Shown: positions 1 to 10,223, numbered from the stretch's first letter. The stretch is DNA of 46,280 bases from Campylobacterales bacterium (GCA_015489185.1 WGAE01000150.1:1-46280), one strand, 5' to 3'. Numbers and translations: made by a program. Notes: generated by a model not told the origin, from the letters alone.

Positions 1-1028
1 TCGGCAAAGAGATGTATCAGTTTATCGACAAAGGGGGCAACGACGTCTGCCTCAGACCGGAAGGAACCGCGGGTGTCGTACGCGCTTTTATCGAAAAAAA
101 GTACGACCGTCAGGGCGGTATCCACCGTTTTTACTACCACGGTCCCATGTTTCGCTATGAACGACCGCAGAAAGGGCGCTTCAGACAGTTTCACCAGTTC
201 GGTGTCGAAAGTTTCGGCGCCGCAAGTCCGCTCGAAGATGCAACGATCATTTTGATGCTCAAAGAGATTCTGGACTTTTTCGGCATCGACTATACACTGA
301 AACTCAACTCACTGGGATGCCCGGAGTGTATGCCCCCTTATCGTGAAACACTTGTACGGTTTCTCGACAAAGTTGAGAACGAAATTTGTGAAGATTGCCA
401 ACGACGTAAAGCGACCAATCCGATCCGGGTTTTTGACTGTAAAAACGAAACTTGCCGTGAAATCCTCAAACCGGCACCGAGACTCGGGGAAAAACTGTGC
501 GAAAGCTGCGATAACCATTTTACAACACTGCGCGAACTGCTCGATGCCCAAAATATTCCCTATGAAATCGACCCCAATCTTGTCAGGGGACTTGACTACT
601 ACAACAAAACGGCATTTGAATTTGTCAGCGGCGATCTGGGTGCACAAAACGCCGTGGCGGGAGGCGGACGCTATGATAAACTGGTTTCGTTTCTCGGCGG
701 GAAAGAAACCCCTGCCATAGGTTTTGCGATCGGCATTGAACGTTTGATGGAGATGATCGATACACCGCCGCAAACACGGGAAGGGTACTATTTCGGTGCA
801 CTCTGTGAAGAGGCGATCAAGCCGCTCTTCTCGGCTGCCGCAAAACAGCGTAAAACAGATAAAGTGACACTCGCCCACGACGTACGCTCGCTCAAAGCAC
901 ACCTCAAAGCGGCAGACAAGGCAAACGCACGCTACTGTGCCGTCATCGGCGAAGATGAACTCAAGGCAGGAAAACTCTGGGTCAAGGATCTGGTCGAAAA
1001 ACGTGAAAGCACAATCGATCTGGAGTAA
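1..1028 (+). CDS. hisS: Histidine--tRNA ligase, C-terminal ~340 aa (5' end outside window)
   Basis: The reading frame is open to the window start. Class II aaRS / HisRS signatures are present: LRPEGTAGVVRAF, AVAGGGRYDKL and GFAIGIERL. Stop TAA at 1026-1028. Confidence 0.93.
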   Translation, partial: GKEMYQFIDKGGNDVCLRPEGTAGVVRAFIEKKYDRQGGIHRFYYHGPMFRYERPQKGRFRQFHQFGVESFGAASPLEDATIILMLKEILDFFGIDYTLKLNSLGCPECMPPYRETLVRFLDKVENEICEDCQRRKATNPIRVFDCKNETCREILKPAPRLGEKLCESCDNHFTTLRELLDAQNIPYEIDPNLVRGLDYYNKTAFEFVSGDLGAQNAVAGGGRYDKLVSFLGGKETPAIGFAIGIERLMEMIDTPPQTREGYYFGALCEEAIKPLFSAAAKQRKTDKVTLAHDVRSLKAHLKAADKANARYCAVIGEDELKAGKLWVKDLVEKRESTIDLE

Positions 1029-1033
1029 TCTTC

Positions 1034-2860
1034 ATGCAACGCTACGGCATCGATATCTGGGGAGAAAATGATTTTGTCATCAAAAAAGATAAAGTCTGCG
1101 TCAACTATCTCAGTTCTCCCGCACTTTTCGATATTGTCACGGCAATTCGCAACGAAGGGACAAAAGGACCTTTGCTGCTGCGTTTTCCCCATTTGATCCG
1201 AAAACAGATCGACGCCGTTTACGCAACATTTCAAAACGCTTTTAAAGAACTAAACTACAGCGGTACCTTTCAGGCGGTCTTTCCGCTCAAAGTGAACCAG
1301 TACCCCGACTTTCTGTTGCCGCTGATCGAAGCCGGGAAACCGTACAACTACGGACTCGAAGCGGGAAGCAAAGCGGAACTGATCATCGCGATGAGTCACA
1401 TTACACCCGGAGCGCCCCTGACCGTCAACGGTTTTAAAGATAAAGAGATGATCGAACTGGGATTTCTCTCCGCAAAAATGGGACACAACATCACCCTCAC
1501 GATCGAGGGGATTAACGAACTTGAATCAATCATCGAAGTCGCGGCTAAGATGAAAGGTCCAATCCCAAATATCGGCATACGTATCAAGCTGCATAGCACC
1601 GGTTCGGGTCTGTGGGAGAAAAGCGGCGGTATCAACTCCAAATTCGGTCTTACATCTACCGAACTGCTCGAAGCGATGGAGTTACTCAAACAAAACGATC
1701 TGCTCGATCATTTCACGATGATCCACTTTCACATCGGTTCCCAGATGACCCAGATCTCCAACCTGAAAAAAGCGCTCAGAGAAGCGGGAAATATCTATGC
1801 CGACCTGCTTAAAATGGGTGCGCGTAACCTTGAAAATATCAACCTCGGCGGGGGACTCGGCATCGAATACACCCAAAATGAAGATTATCCCGAAATCACC
1901 TACTCATTACAGGAGTACGCCAGCGATACGACGTTCGTACTTCAGGGAATCGCCCGGGCGAAAAAGGTGCGCGAACCGCACATCTTTATTGAATCGGGGC
2001 GTTTTATCGCCGCTTCGCACGCGGTACTCGTCGCACCGGTTTTTGAGCTCTTTTCCGAGGAGTATTCGCAAAAAGCGCTGCGTCTTAAACCCGAAAATCC
2101 CCCTTTGATCGAAGAGCTTCATGAACTCTGGCAATATATCGACACCTCCAACGCACTCGAATATCTTCATGACGCCGTCGATCATCTCAATTCTTTACTC
2201 ACACTCTTTGACCTGGGATATATCGATCTGATCGACCGCTCCAACAGTGAAATTTTGACCCATCTGATCATTAAAAAAGCGATTCTTCTGCTTCGGGACA
2301 AGCCGGTCAGAGAATTGACGCAGATTCAGGACAAAATTCAGGAAAAGTATCTGATCAACTTCTCTATTTTTCAAAGTATCCCCGATTTCTGGGGGCTTGC
2401 ACAACGCTTTCCCGTCATGCCCCTCTCCAAACTCGATACCAAACCGACCCGCTCGGCGAGTTTATGGGATATTACCTGCGACAGTGACGGAGAGATCGAC
2501 TTTGACAGTAAAAAACCGCTCTTTTTGCATAGCGTCGATCTGGATCAGGAGGACTACTTTCTGGGATTTTTCAAAGTCGGCGCCTATCAGGAGGTGCTGG
2601 GAATGAAACACAACCTCTTTACCCGCCCGACAGTAGCGACCGTCGAAGTAACATCGGAAGGATACAGCATCAAAGAGATGGTCAAAAGTGACGCTCTTAT
2701 CGAGATTTTAGAGGATTTAAACTATAATCCCGACGACATCAGAGAAAAATTATATCAAAGCATCCGGCAATCTCCCTATATCGCTGCGGATGAGAAACAA
2801 CAAGTTTATCGCCAAATCGAAACTTTTCTGGAAGAGAACGGATACCTGAAAACATTTTAA
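1034..2860 (+). CDS. speA: Biosynthetic arginine decarboxylase (PLP-dependent)
   Basis: 608 aa. Orn/Arg decarboxylase fold motifs FPLKVNQ (PLP-Lys), HFHIGSQ and NLGGGLGIEY. The length is typical of SpeA. ATG lies 6 nt after the hisS stop. Confidence 0.9.
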   Translation: MQRYGIDIWGENDFVIKKDKVCVNYLSSPALFDIVTAIRNEGTKGPLLLRFPHLIRKQIDAVYATFQNAFKELNYSGTFQAVFPLKVNQYPDFLLPLIEAGKPYNYGLEAGSKAELIIAMSHITPGAPLTVNGFKDKEMIELGFLSAKMGHNITLTIEGINELESIIEVAAKMKGPIPNIGIRIKLHSTGSGLWEKSGGINSKFGLTSTELLEAMELLKQNDLLDHFTMIHFHIGSQMTQISNLKKALREAGNIYADLLKMGARNLENINLGGGLGIEYTQNEDYPEITYSLQEYASDTTFVLQGIARAKKVREPHIFIESGRFIAASHAVLVAPVFELFSEEYSQKALRLKPENPPLIEELHELWQYIDTSNALEYLHDAVDHLNSLLTLFDLGYIDLIDRSNSEILTHLIIKKAILLLRDKPVRELTQIQDKIQEKYLINFSIFQSIPDFWGLAQRFPVMPLSKLDTKPTRSASLWDITCDSDGEIDFDSKKPLFLHSVDLDQEDYFLGFFKVGAYQEVLGMKHNLFTRPTVATVEVTSEGYSIKEMVKSDALIEILEDLNYNPDDIREKLYQSIRQSPYIAADEKQQVYRQIETFLEENGYLKTF

Positions 2861-2871
2861 TCAGAGGTAGC

Positions 2872-3588
2872 ATGGACAGCGTATCAATATGGCAACTGAT
2901 CAAAGAAGATTTTCAAACGCCGCTGAAAAACGATCCGGCAATTCGTTCGAAATTTGAACTCTTCTTCAACTACCCGGGTATCTGGACCATCATCAACTAC
3001 CGTATCGCACACTATCTCTACAATAAAAATCTGCGTTTCATCGCCAGACTGATTATGGGTATCACCCAAATCATCACCAATATCGACATTCATCCCCGCT
3101 GTAAAATCGGCAGACGCGTTTTTATCGATCATGGTATCGGTGTCGTTATCGGCGAAACAGCAATTGTAGAAGATGATGTACTGATTTACCAGGGCGTGAC
3201 ACTGGGTGGTGTAAGCCTGGAAAAGAATGTCAAAAGACATCCCACAATCAAAAGCGGTGCGGTCATCAGCGCCGGTGCGAAAGTGCTGGGGAATATTACA
3301 ATCGGCAAAAATGCCAAAGTAGGCGCCAACTCTGTCGTGATCAAAGATGTACCGGATAACTCCACAGCGGTCGGTATTCCCGCACGTGTCATCACCAAGG
3401 GTAAGGACAAATCACAACTGAGTCACAATAAAATTCCGGATATCAACAAAGAGCTCTTCATGTACCTTTCCAAACGCATCGCGGTACTCGAAGAGGCTAT
3501 TTTACACCATCATGAAGATATGATTCCCAAACGGGATGAAGAGCTGGAAAAGATCTACAAAGATTTTATCTCTTCGATCAAAGATTGA
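2872..3588 (+). CDS. cysE: Serine O-acetyltransferase
   Basis: 238 aa. A SATase-type N-terminal helical region is followed by hexapeptide-repeat beta-helix (IHPRCKIGRRVFIDHGIGVVIGETAIVEDDVLIYQGVTLGG). SD AGAGG precedes the ATG. Confidence 0.88.
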   Translation: MDSVSIWQLIKEDFQTPLKNDPAIRSKFELFFNYPGIWTIINYRIAHYLYNKNLRFIARLIMGITQIITNIDIHPRCKIGRRVFIDHGIGVVIGETAIVEDDVLIYQGVTLGGVSLEKNVKRHPTIKSGAVISAGAKVLGNITIGKNAKVGANSVVIKDVPDNSTAVGIPARVITKGKDKSQLSHNKIPDINKELFMYLSKRIAVLEEAILHHHEDMIPKRDEELEKIYKDFISSIKD

Positions 3589-5193
3589 TCAGCGCAGCAG
3601 TTTTTGCTGAATCGCGTCATATCCGTAAAAATCTTTGCGAAAATTGAGATTCCCCTCTTTATCCGTAAAGACGGTCAGATAGCGGATGTGGATCGGAATT
3701 CGCTTTTTGAGACGAATGTGTACGGTCTTGCTACTTCGGATCATCTCTGTCATCGTCTCATAATCGTAAGCGGTATAGGGTGCAAGCAAGCTGAGCAGAA
3801 CATAGGGCTGTGCCAGACGAATACATCCTGAACTGTAGAGACGGTAGCGTCTGGTCGTCAGATGTTTCGCATTGGTATCATGAAGATAAACGTTATATTT
3901 ATTGGGGAAAATAAATTTCATCGCACCCAGCACATTTTTTTCTCCCGCTTTCTGGATCATCTGATACGGTATTTTCCCCTCGTAATCGATATATTTTGAC
4001 CAGTCGACACGTTTCGGGTCAATCTCTCTGCCCCCTTGATAGATATGAATATCATCTTCAAGCAGCGCTTCCGGATCTTCCGCAAGCATCGGGATATAAT
4101 CTTTTTTCATCAGATTTTGCGGGATACTCCAGGTCGGATTGAGAACAATATACTCAAGATAATCCGAAAAGATCGGTGTTGGTCTGTCCTCCCTGCCGAT
4201 GACGACAAATATATCATCCATCAGTACACCCTGCTTGTAAAAACGCAGCCAAAATCCCGGAATATTGATCTCGACATAGGTATCTTCATGAATGCGTGGG
4301 AAAAGCTTGTAACGCTCAATATTGAGCCGAATCTTTGCCAGTTTCTCTTCCGCGGTCGTTTGTGAATAGAGTACGTTTACACGATCGAAAATACCTGTCT
4401 GTTTCAAATAATGTCGTTTTTGAAAACGTAGTACAGCATCTTTGAGTTTTGCGTCAAAATTTGGAAAATCGAGATACGAACGACTAACATTTCGCAGATC
4501 GCCGGTAGCAAACAGATAGTGTTTAAGCTGAGAGACCTCATAACCGTAATCGCCCTCTTTGAGATCTTTGAGATAGTCGATTTTCGGAAAGTGTTTTGTT
4601 TCATAACGCAAATAGGCTTCTACTAAATCACGATACCCTTTCTCCTGCGGTACGTAACGTTCCAGCAGCGTACCAACCAAATGTGTCTTCAAAGAGACAA
4701 TCAGATCATGAAGATAATTCGGTTTGTAAGGATTAGGTTCCCAGACCAGATGTTTCTCTTCATCCTCTTTAATGATTTTCGCAAACGTTTTCCAGTCGAT
4801 TTTGCCCTCATAGAGATCTTTTGCAAACGAAAGAAACTGGTCGCTGGCAAGCAGATCAAGTTGCGCCCGCTTTTGTGCCAAAACTTCCGAACCGTTGATA
4901 TCCGCCGCAAGTCGACGTAACATCCGGGTATGATAAGCGCTTTGATCATAATTGAGTCTGCGATTCGAAGCTGCGGCAATCAGTTGCCTGATATCCTCCA
5001 AATCCCATATACATCGATAATGCACACGATGGTAGAGTTCTCCAAGCTGCTCGACATTGCGAAGATCGGGATTTTCGGAGAGTTGTACAAGTACGGCTGC
5101 TTTACATTCGCTCCCGCTTTGCGAAAACTCCGACGCCGACAATACCTCCAAACTACACAATACAATAAAGAGTATGCGAAATATGTGTTTCAT
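3589..5193 (-). CDS. Periplasmic L,D-transpeptidase (YcbB-like: PG-binding domain + YkuD domain)
   Basis: 534 aa with a signal peptide (MKHIFRILFIVLCSLEVLSA). PG_binding_1-like LKDAVLRFQKRHYLKQTGIFD. YkuD catalytic motif HDTNAKH...LYSSGCIRL. Confidence 0.85.
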   Translation of the reverse strand: MKHIFRILFIVLCSLEVLSASEFSQSGSECKAAVLVQLSENPDLRNVEQLGELYHRVHYRCIWDLEDIRQLIAAASNRRLNYDQSAYHTRMLRRLAADINGSEVLAQKRAQLDLLASDQFLSFAKDLYEGKIDWKTFAKIIKEDEEKHLVWEPNPYKPNYLHDLIVSLKTHLVGTLLERYVPQEKGYRDLVEAYLRYETKHFPKIDYLKDLKEGDYGYEVSQLKHYLFATGDLRNVSRSYLDFPNFDAKLKDAVLRFQKRHYLKQTGIFDRVNVLYSQTTAEEKLAKIRLNIERYKLFPRIHEDTYVEINIPGFWLRFYKQGVLMDDIFVVIGREDRPTPIFSDYLEYIVLNPTWSIPQNLMKKDYIPMLAEDPEALLEDDIHIYQGGREIDPKRVDWSKYIDYEGKIPYQMIQKAGEKNVLGAMKFIFPNKYNVYLHDTNAKHLTTRRYRLYSSGCIRLAQPYVLLSLLAPYTAYDYETMTEMIRSSKTVHIRLKKRIPIHIRYLTVFTDKEGNLNFRKDFYGYDAIQQKLLR

Positions 5194-5215
5194 GATGCAA
5201 AATCGATACGGGGAA

Positions 5216-5240
5216 CAGGAAGAGGTGAACCCTCTTCCTG
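5216..5240 (-). terminator. Hairpin terminator candidate downstream of the OMP gene
   Basis: Perfect 10-bp inverted repeat caggaagagg / cctcttcctg with a 5-nt loop. It lies 7 nt after the OMP stop. On the minus strand it is followed by ttccccgtatcgatttt. Confidence 0.55.
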
Positions 5241-5246
5241 ATTAAA

Positions 5247-5951
5247 TCAGAATTTGTAGTTGAAACCGATACCGTATGTATCGAGATTGATATCGTTTTC
5301 TTTCACGCTACCGTTTGGATAGAGACTATATGTATTTTCTACACTATGCAGCAGACGTACACCTTCCGCAACGATACTCCAGCGGTCATTCAGCGCATAA
5401 TTCAGCCCCAGACCAAACGACGGACTTGTTTCGTCGAGCGTACCGTAACGTGTACCTGTACTTGGATTGGCTTTGAGTGTACTCTCTACTTTCGCTTTTG
5501 CGTAACCGAGCAATCCGAACAGGTGAACTTTTTTACCCAGCGGCAACATCGGTTTGAGATAGATACCGTAATTTTCTTTGATTTTCGATTTACCGCCGCC
5601 GGTATGGCTCGCGCTTCTTACGCCGTACCCGGCACGTCCTTCGATACCGATATATTTGTTGAAATCATACCCCAGTTTTGCAACAACAGCTGCCAGTTTG
5701 TTACATTTTCCGGATGCGGTCTCAAACTGTGCACCCATACCGTCCAGTCCGACATACCACTTTTTCGGTTTCGGTTTGACCGGAACCGGCGCCGGAGCCA
5801 CTACCGGTGCGGGTGCCGGTGCAGGCTTGACCTCTTTAACCGTTTCGACGGCTTTTTGCACATCTTGTTTGTCATAATCTACCAAAGGCTCGATATCCGC
5901 TCCCGCGAACAACAAAGAAGTTGTCGCTGCCAATAACAATACTTTTCTCAA
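5247..5951 (-). CDS. Small outer-membrane beta-barrel protein (OmpA-like 8-strand / OMP_b-brl type) with Pro/Ala-rich N-terminal linker
   Basis: Signal peptide, alternating-hydrophobic strands, and C-terminal GIGFNYKF ending in Phe. Start re-set to the TTG at 5951, 6 nt after SD AAGGAG. The track start at 5969 is an upstream in-frame TTG. Confidence 0.7.
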   Translation of the reverse strand: MRKVLLLAATTSLLFAGADIEPLVDYDKQDVQKAVETVKEVKPAPAPAPVVAPAPVPVKPKPKKWYVGLDGMGAQFETASGKCNKLAAVVAKLGYDFNKYIGIEGRAGYGVRSASHTGGGKSKIKENYGIYLKPMLPLGKKVHLFGLLGYAKAKVESTLKANPSTGTRYGTLDETSPSFGLGLNYALNDRWSIVAEGVRLLHSVENTYSLYPNGSVKENDINLDTYGIGFNYKF

Positions 5952-6109
5952 ATCAAACTCCTTTTGCAATATTTTTCATTACATACTACTACATAAACTT
6001 TTAAATATAAATGAAATTATATTTTTTTCTTAAAAAAGTTAACTATTTTACCGTATTTGACAGCAAAATATCGGTTTTCTTGTCTTGGAGTGCAAAAGAG
6101 CAAACAAAT

Positions 6110-7924
6110 TTATATATAGAACTTCTTCAAAAAAGCGTCGTCGACATCGATTATTTGACGTTTTCTTAAACGCTCAATTACCTCTGGATCACAGTCTGTA
6201 TCGTCAGGCCATCGGCGTGGAAAGTTTTCAATCGCTCCTTTGTTCGTCGCATCGATACCGATAAACTCTTTTTGGAGAAAGATATCACGTTTGGCATCGA
6301 TATTGTTGACCACGCGCCAGATCAGCATATAGGGATTATCAAGATCGTTCTTCTTCGCATCGACAAAGACAAGCAGTTTCGTATGTGCCTTGATTGCGGT
6401 GAGCTTTTCATAAAGATTATGCACCGGCTCTTTTTTGTCGATTGCAATAACACAAATCGGCGTCTTGGTGTAAGTTTTATACTGTCTTATGTCGACAATC
6501 GAATCATCTATCTCCTGCATCAGCTCCAGTAACTGTGCATCCGAAATGATCTCTTTTTGCGGGAAAAAGACGTTGTCCGCCGTACAGTCAACACCCAGTT
6601 TCCCGCCGTAGGCGTAATCGTCACTCGCATGATCAAGCGCATCGCACACTCCTTCACTGATGATGAGGTTCGATACCTGCACCCTGTCAAGAATATAATC
6701 GCTCAAATCATCGTACTCTTCAAGATCCGGCGCATCCTCATTGACAAAGATCGCATGTTTGACAAAACTCATCTGCCCGACACCCCAGAAAGCGTGCATA
6801 AACTGTTTTGCATGTCCCGGATAGAGTGTACGCATTTTCGCGATGATCAGATTATGAAAAACCCCGTTTTCAGGCATCATATAGTCGATCAGTTCCGGAG
6901 CGGTGGTTTTGAGCAGCGGCAAAAAGATGCGCTCGGTCGCCCAGCCCATATATTTATCTTCCAGAGGCGGTTTCCCGACAACCGTCGCCAGATATACCGG
7001 TTCTTTTTTTCGGGTGATACATGAAACTTCCAAAACCGGATACTCCTCTTCGAGCGTATAGTATCCGGTGTGATCCCCGAACGGTCCTTCGATTGCCGAT
7101 TCATTCGGATCGACAAACCCTTCGATTACAAAGTCGGCATCGTGCGGCACATAGAGATCGTTGGTGATCGATTTGACAAGACGCGCGGGTTCTCCTTTGA
7201 TAAAACCGTACATCAGCAGTTCAAATACCCCATGCGGCAACGGCGCAGTCGCAGCCCAGGTATAGAGAGGATCGCCGCCGATCGCAATCGACACAGGCAT
7301 CTTTTTCCCTGCCGCTTTATATTCATGAAAAAAGTTTGCGGAATCTTTGTGTATCTGCCAGTGCATTCCCAGTCGTCGATTATCGTACACCTGTAGCCGA
7401 TACATCCCGAGATTTTTGCGTTCACCGTCCAGAGACTGCGTATAAACCTGCCCCATTGTAATAAAAGGACCACCGTCCTGCGGCCAGGTTTTTAGAATCG
7501 GTATCTCGTAAAGATTGCAGGCATCCCCTTCGACAACCACCTCCTGACACGCTCCTTTTGCAGAGACTCTTTTGGGGAAAACGTTTTTGAGGGCAAAAAG
7601 CTTTGCTAGCATACCGAATTTCTCGCCCAGTGTCGCGGGCGGCTTGAGTTTTAGTAGTGATTCGATCTCCGCGGCAATATCGTCTGCAGGTTTTCCTAAA
7701 AAGAGTTCTGTCGCCTTATGGGAACCGAAGACATTCATCAAAACGGGCGTATCAAATTTTTTGTCAAGGCGACGGGAGACGGGATTGGTAAAAAGCAGTG
7801 CTTTGGAGTCTTTACGTTTAACCTCAATATAGGCAACATGCGGAATCTCCAGATCGATATCGAGCGGTTCGTCGATCACACGAAGCAAATCATACTCTTT
7901 GAGCAGTGCAATCGCTTTTTGCAT
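6110..7924 (-). CDS. UbiD-family (prenyl-FMN dependent) decarboxylase, probable menaquinone-biosynthesis decarboxylase
   Basis: About 604 aa. UbiD signatures DGGPFITMGQVYT and NLGMYRLQVYDNRRLGMHWQIHKDSANFF. Start re-set to ATG 7924 (MQKAIALLKEY...). The track's upstream extension runs into hemC. Confidence 0.85.
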   Translation of the reverse strand: MQKAIALLKEYDLLRVIDEPLDIDLEIPHVAYIEVKRKDSKALLFTNPVSRRLDKKFDTPVLMNVFGSHKATELFLGKPADDIAAEIESLLKLKPPATLGEKFGMLAKLFALKNVFPKRVSAKGACQEVVVEGDACNLYEIPILKTWPQDGGPFITMGQVYTQSLDGERKNLGMYRLQVYDNRRLGMHWQIHKDSANFFHEYKAAGKKMPVSIAIGGDPLYTWAATAPLPHGVFELLMYGFIKGEPARLVKSITNDLYVPHDADFVIEGFVDPNESAIEGPFGDHTGYYTLEEEYPVLEVSCITRKKEPVYLATVVGKPPLEDKYMGWATERIFLPLLKTTAPELIDYMMPENGVFHNLIIAKMRTLYPGHAKQFMHAFWGVGQMSFVKHAIFVNEDAPDLEEYDDLSDYILDRVQVSNLIISEGVCDALDHASDDYAYGGKLGVDCTADNVFFPQKEIISDAQLLELMQEIDDSIVDIRQYKTYTKTPICVIAIDKKEPVHNLYEKLTAIKAHTKLLVFVDAKKNDLDNPYMLIWRVVNNIDAKRDIFLQKEFIGIDATNKGAIENFPRRWPDDTDCDPEVIERLRKRQIIDVDDAFLKKFYI

Positions 7925-7937
7925 ACAAAATCCTTTG

Positions 7938-8882
7938 TTACAAAATCGTTTTGAGGGCGATCTCCTCGGCACGTTTAAGCAGTTTGACGGCACCCGCCTC
8001 GATCATCCGATCCGCAAGCTCTTTACCGAGCGCACGATAATCGTTTCTGGAAGCAATCATCTTCTCTTTGATCAGATCTGTTCCGTCGGGCAGACCGACA
8101 ATCGCACGCACCTGCAGCGTCTCCTCTTCCAGCTTCGCATTAACACCGATCGGCACCTGACAACCGCCCTGTAAAACAGTGACAAAATCACGCTCTACCG
8201 TTGTTTCAATTTGCGCATTTTCATCTTCCAGTACCGAAATAATCTCGAGCACTTTCGGATCATTCACCGCTTCGATTCCAAGCGCCGCCTGTCCCATCGC
8301 GGGAATCATCACCGAAGTGGGAATCGGTGAAAAATAACGTACTTCATCCTGCAAACCGAGCCGATTGATCCCTGCGGTTGCAAGAATGATTGCATCGTAT
8401 TCGCCTTCCTTGAGTTTACGAATACGCGTATTGACATTGCCTCTTAAATTTTTGATCTGTAAATCGGGACGTGCCGCAAGCAGTTGCATACGGCGGCGTA
8501 AACTCGTCGTACCTACCACCGCACCTTCTGGAAGTACATGCAGCTCCGCATACTTTTCACTCAGCATCGCGTCACGCACATCTTCGCGCTTTGTGATCGC
8601 ACCAAGCACCAAACCTTCCGGAAATTCGGTCGGAACATCCTTAAGGCTATGTACGGCAATATGCGCTTCTCCCTGAAGCATCGCATCTTCGAGCTCTTTC
8701 GTAAAGAGTCCCTTACCACCTATCTTCGCGAGAGGTGTATCAAGGATGATATCCCCTTTGGTTTTCATAGTTTTCAGTTCTACTTCAAGCCCGGGATGCG
8801 CCGCTTCCAGCAACGACTTGATATGTTCCGATTGCCAAAGTGCCAGTTTACTTCCGCGTGTCGCGATGATCAGTTTTTGCAT
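7938..8882 (-). CDS. hemC: Hydroxymethylbilane synthase (porphobilinogen deaminase)
   Basis: 314 aa. N-terminal [16 protein letters not shown], and cofactor-Cys motif [18 protein letters not shown] precedes the ATG. Confidence 0.93.
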   Translation of the reverse strand: MQKLIIATRGSKLALWQSEHIKSLLEAAHPGLEVELKTMKTKGDIILDTPLAKIGGKGLFTKELEDAMLQGEAHIAVHSLKDVPTEFPEGLVLGAITKREDVRDAMLSEKYAELHVLPEGAVVGTTSLRRRMQLLAARPDLQIKNLRGNVNTRIRKLKEGEYDAIILATAGINRLGLQDEVRYFSPIPTSVMIPAMGQAALGIEAVNDPKVLEIISVLEDENAQIETTVERDFVTVLQGGCQVPIGVNAKLEEETLQVRAIVGLPDGTDLIKEKMIASRNDYRALGKELADRMIEAGAVKLLKRAEEIALKTIL

Positions 8883-8923
8883 TGCTCCTCTTTTCAGCTA
8901 GATACCCGAAAATCTTCCGGTTG

Positions 8924-9859
8924 TTATTTTTTCGCTTTCTTCTCTTTAGCTCCGATCGCTTCGAGATACTTTTGTCTTGTAAAATCTTTTTTGCCGTTGA
9001 AATAGACAGTTGGTGTACCGCTGATCATCATTTTGTCCGCATACGCTTTATCAAGCGCATACGCCTCTTCAACCTCTTTGGTATGAATATCTTTAGATGT
9101 CAAATGTGTACCGATCTTTTTATTGAATGCATCAAGTATCTTCTTCTCGTCGGAAGTATCCAGGTTAAACTTAGCATCGTAGACTTTTTGGTAAATATCC
9201 TTAACCCCTTTATGATGTGCCGCGATCATCGCCCGAATCACCGTCGGTGCCTCTTTGTGCAACATTACGAGCGGAAAGTGATAATAGTAGAGTGCGATTT
9301 TATCGGGATGCTCTTTCGCCGCTTTGAGGATTTTAGGCATATACCCCTGACAAAAAGGGCAAATCGGATCACTAAATACAACTACTTTGTTAGGTGCTTT
9401 TTCACTACCGTAGACAAGATGGTCTTTACGATAGTAGGAGCTGTCCATATCGGGAACGAGTTTGTCTTTCAACGAAGAGCGATTTACGATGTTCACAAAA
9501 TCCCGGACGATATATTTTCCGTTGCTGAAGATTTTGTCATGCACCGTAACTTTTTTCCCTTTTTGTGCTTTGATGGTCAGATCGATATCAAGAAAATAGA
9601 CTTTCCAGCCCGGAAGATCTTTGACATCCTTGACCTGTCTGATACGAATCCCTTTGAGCTGATAGTTCGGATTGACGGAGATTGCACGTTTGACATATTC
9701 GAGCAGTCGCTTTTGTGTCTTCTGTTCCTGGGTGAGCGGTGCCTCTTTTTTGACCGGTTGGGCTTTTGTATGATCTGCTTTCGCCCACAAAGGCAGCAGC
9801 GTACTACTTGCTGTCAATAACGTCAGTGTCAATAACTTCGACATCAATCGCATCGTCAT
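8924..9859 (-). CDS. Periplasmic thiol:disulfide oxidoreductase, DsbA/DsbG-like thioredoxin fold with N-terminal extra domain
   Basis: 311 aa with a signal peptide (LLTLTLLTASSTLLPLWA). CxxC active site in FSDPICPFCQGY. Start is ambiguous among ATGs at 9859, 9853 and 9844. SD AAGGAG lies inside the 3' end of fxsA. Confidence 0.65.
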   Translation of the reverse strand: MTMRLMSKLLTLTLLTASSTLLPLWAKADHTKAQPVKKEAPLTQEQKTQKRLLEYVKRAISVNPNYQLKGIRIRQVKDVKDLPGWKVYFLDIDLTIKAQKGKKVTVHDKIFSNGKYIVRDFVNIVNRSSLKDKLVPDMDSSYYRKDHLVYGSEKAPNKVVVFSDPICPFCQGYMPKILKAAKEHPDKIALYYYHFPLVMLHKEAPTVIRAMIAAHHKGVKDIYQKVYDAKFNLDTSDEKKILDAFNKKIGTHLTSKDIHTKEVEEAYALDKAYADKMMISGTPTVYFNGKKDFTRQKYLEAIGAKEKKAKK

Positions 9860-10223
9860 ATTCTCCTTTTGATTTACATTGTTTTTTTCGCTTCAAATGT
9901 AATATTTTTTCAGCAATAAATGTACCGAAAAAACCAAATTGCAGCAGGACACCGATAATGTCACTCAAAAATCCCGGGATGATCAGCAAAATCGCCCCAA
10001 GCAGCGACATCATATTCATCTTTTGAAACTGTTCAATCGTGATCGATCCCTGCATCAGCGCCATCATACTTTGCGCCAGAGTATAGCGAAAGTTGGTTAA
10101 TAAAAAGAATCCGACAAACGCACTGATCACAATCTCCAGAAAGGTAGCGAGCCCGCCGATACGCGAAGCGATATCGATAGTGACGATCACTTCAAAAAAG
10201 AGATAGAGCAAAAAATAAAACAC
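9804..10223 (-). CDS. fxsA: FxsA-family inner-membrane protein
   Basis: 139 aa. Typical FxsA N-terminus (FEVIVTIDIASRIGGLATFLEIV) and IIPGFLSDIIGVLLQ motif, with an acidic C-tail. The GTG start shares 1 nt with the proS stop codon. Confidence 0.75.
   Translation of the reverse strand: MFYFLLYLFFEVIVTIDIASRIGGLATFLEIVISAFVGFFLLTNFRYTLAQSMMALMQGSITIEQFQKMNMMSLLGAILLIIPGFLSDIIGVLLQFGFFGTFIAEKILHLKRKKQCKSKGEYDDAIDVEVIDTDVIDSK

Noticed and set aside
7925-7993. A 23-codon N-terminal extension of the UbiD-family ORF in the track ([23 protein letters not shown]).
   Set aside because: The extension overlaps the 3' end of hemC. The family N-terminus begins at MQKAIALLKEY (ATG 7924).
8882-9820. A 312-aa ORF on the plus strand, fully antisense to the Dsb-like gene.
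   Set aside because: The translation is low-complexity and rich in F, L, I and R (for example FRLLFFRFLLFSSDRF). It has no SD and no recognisable domain. This is the typical shadow ORF opposite a Lys/Glu-rich gene, and the minus-strand gene has clear family motifs.
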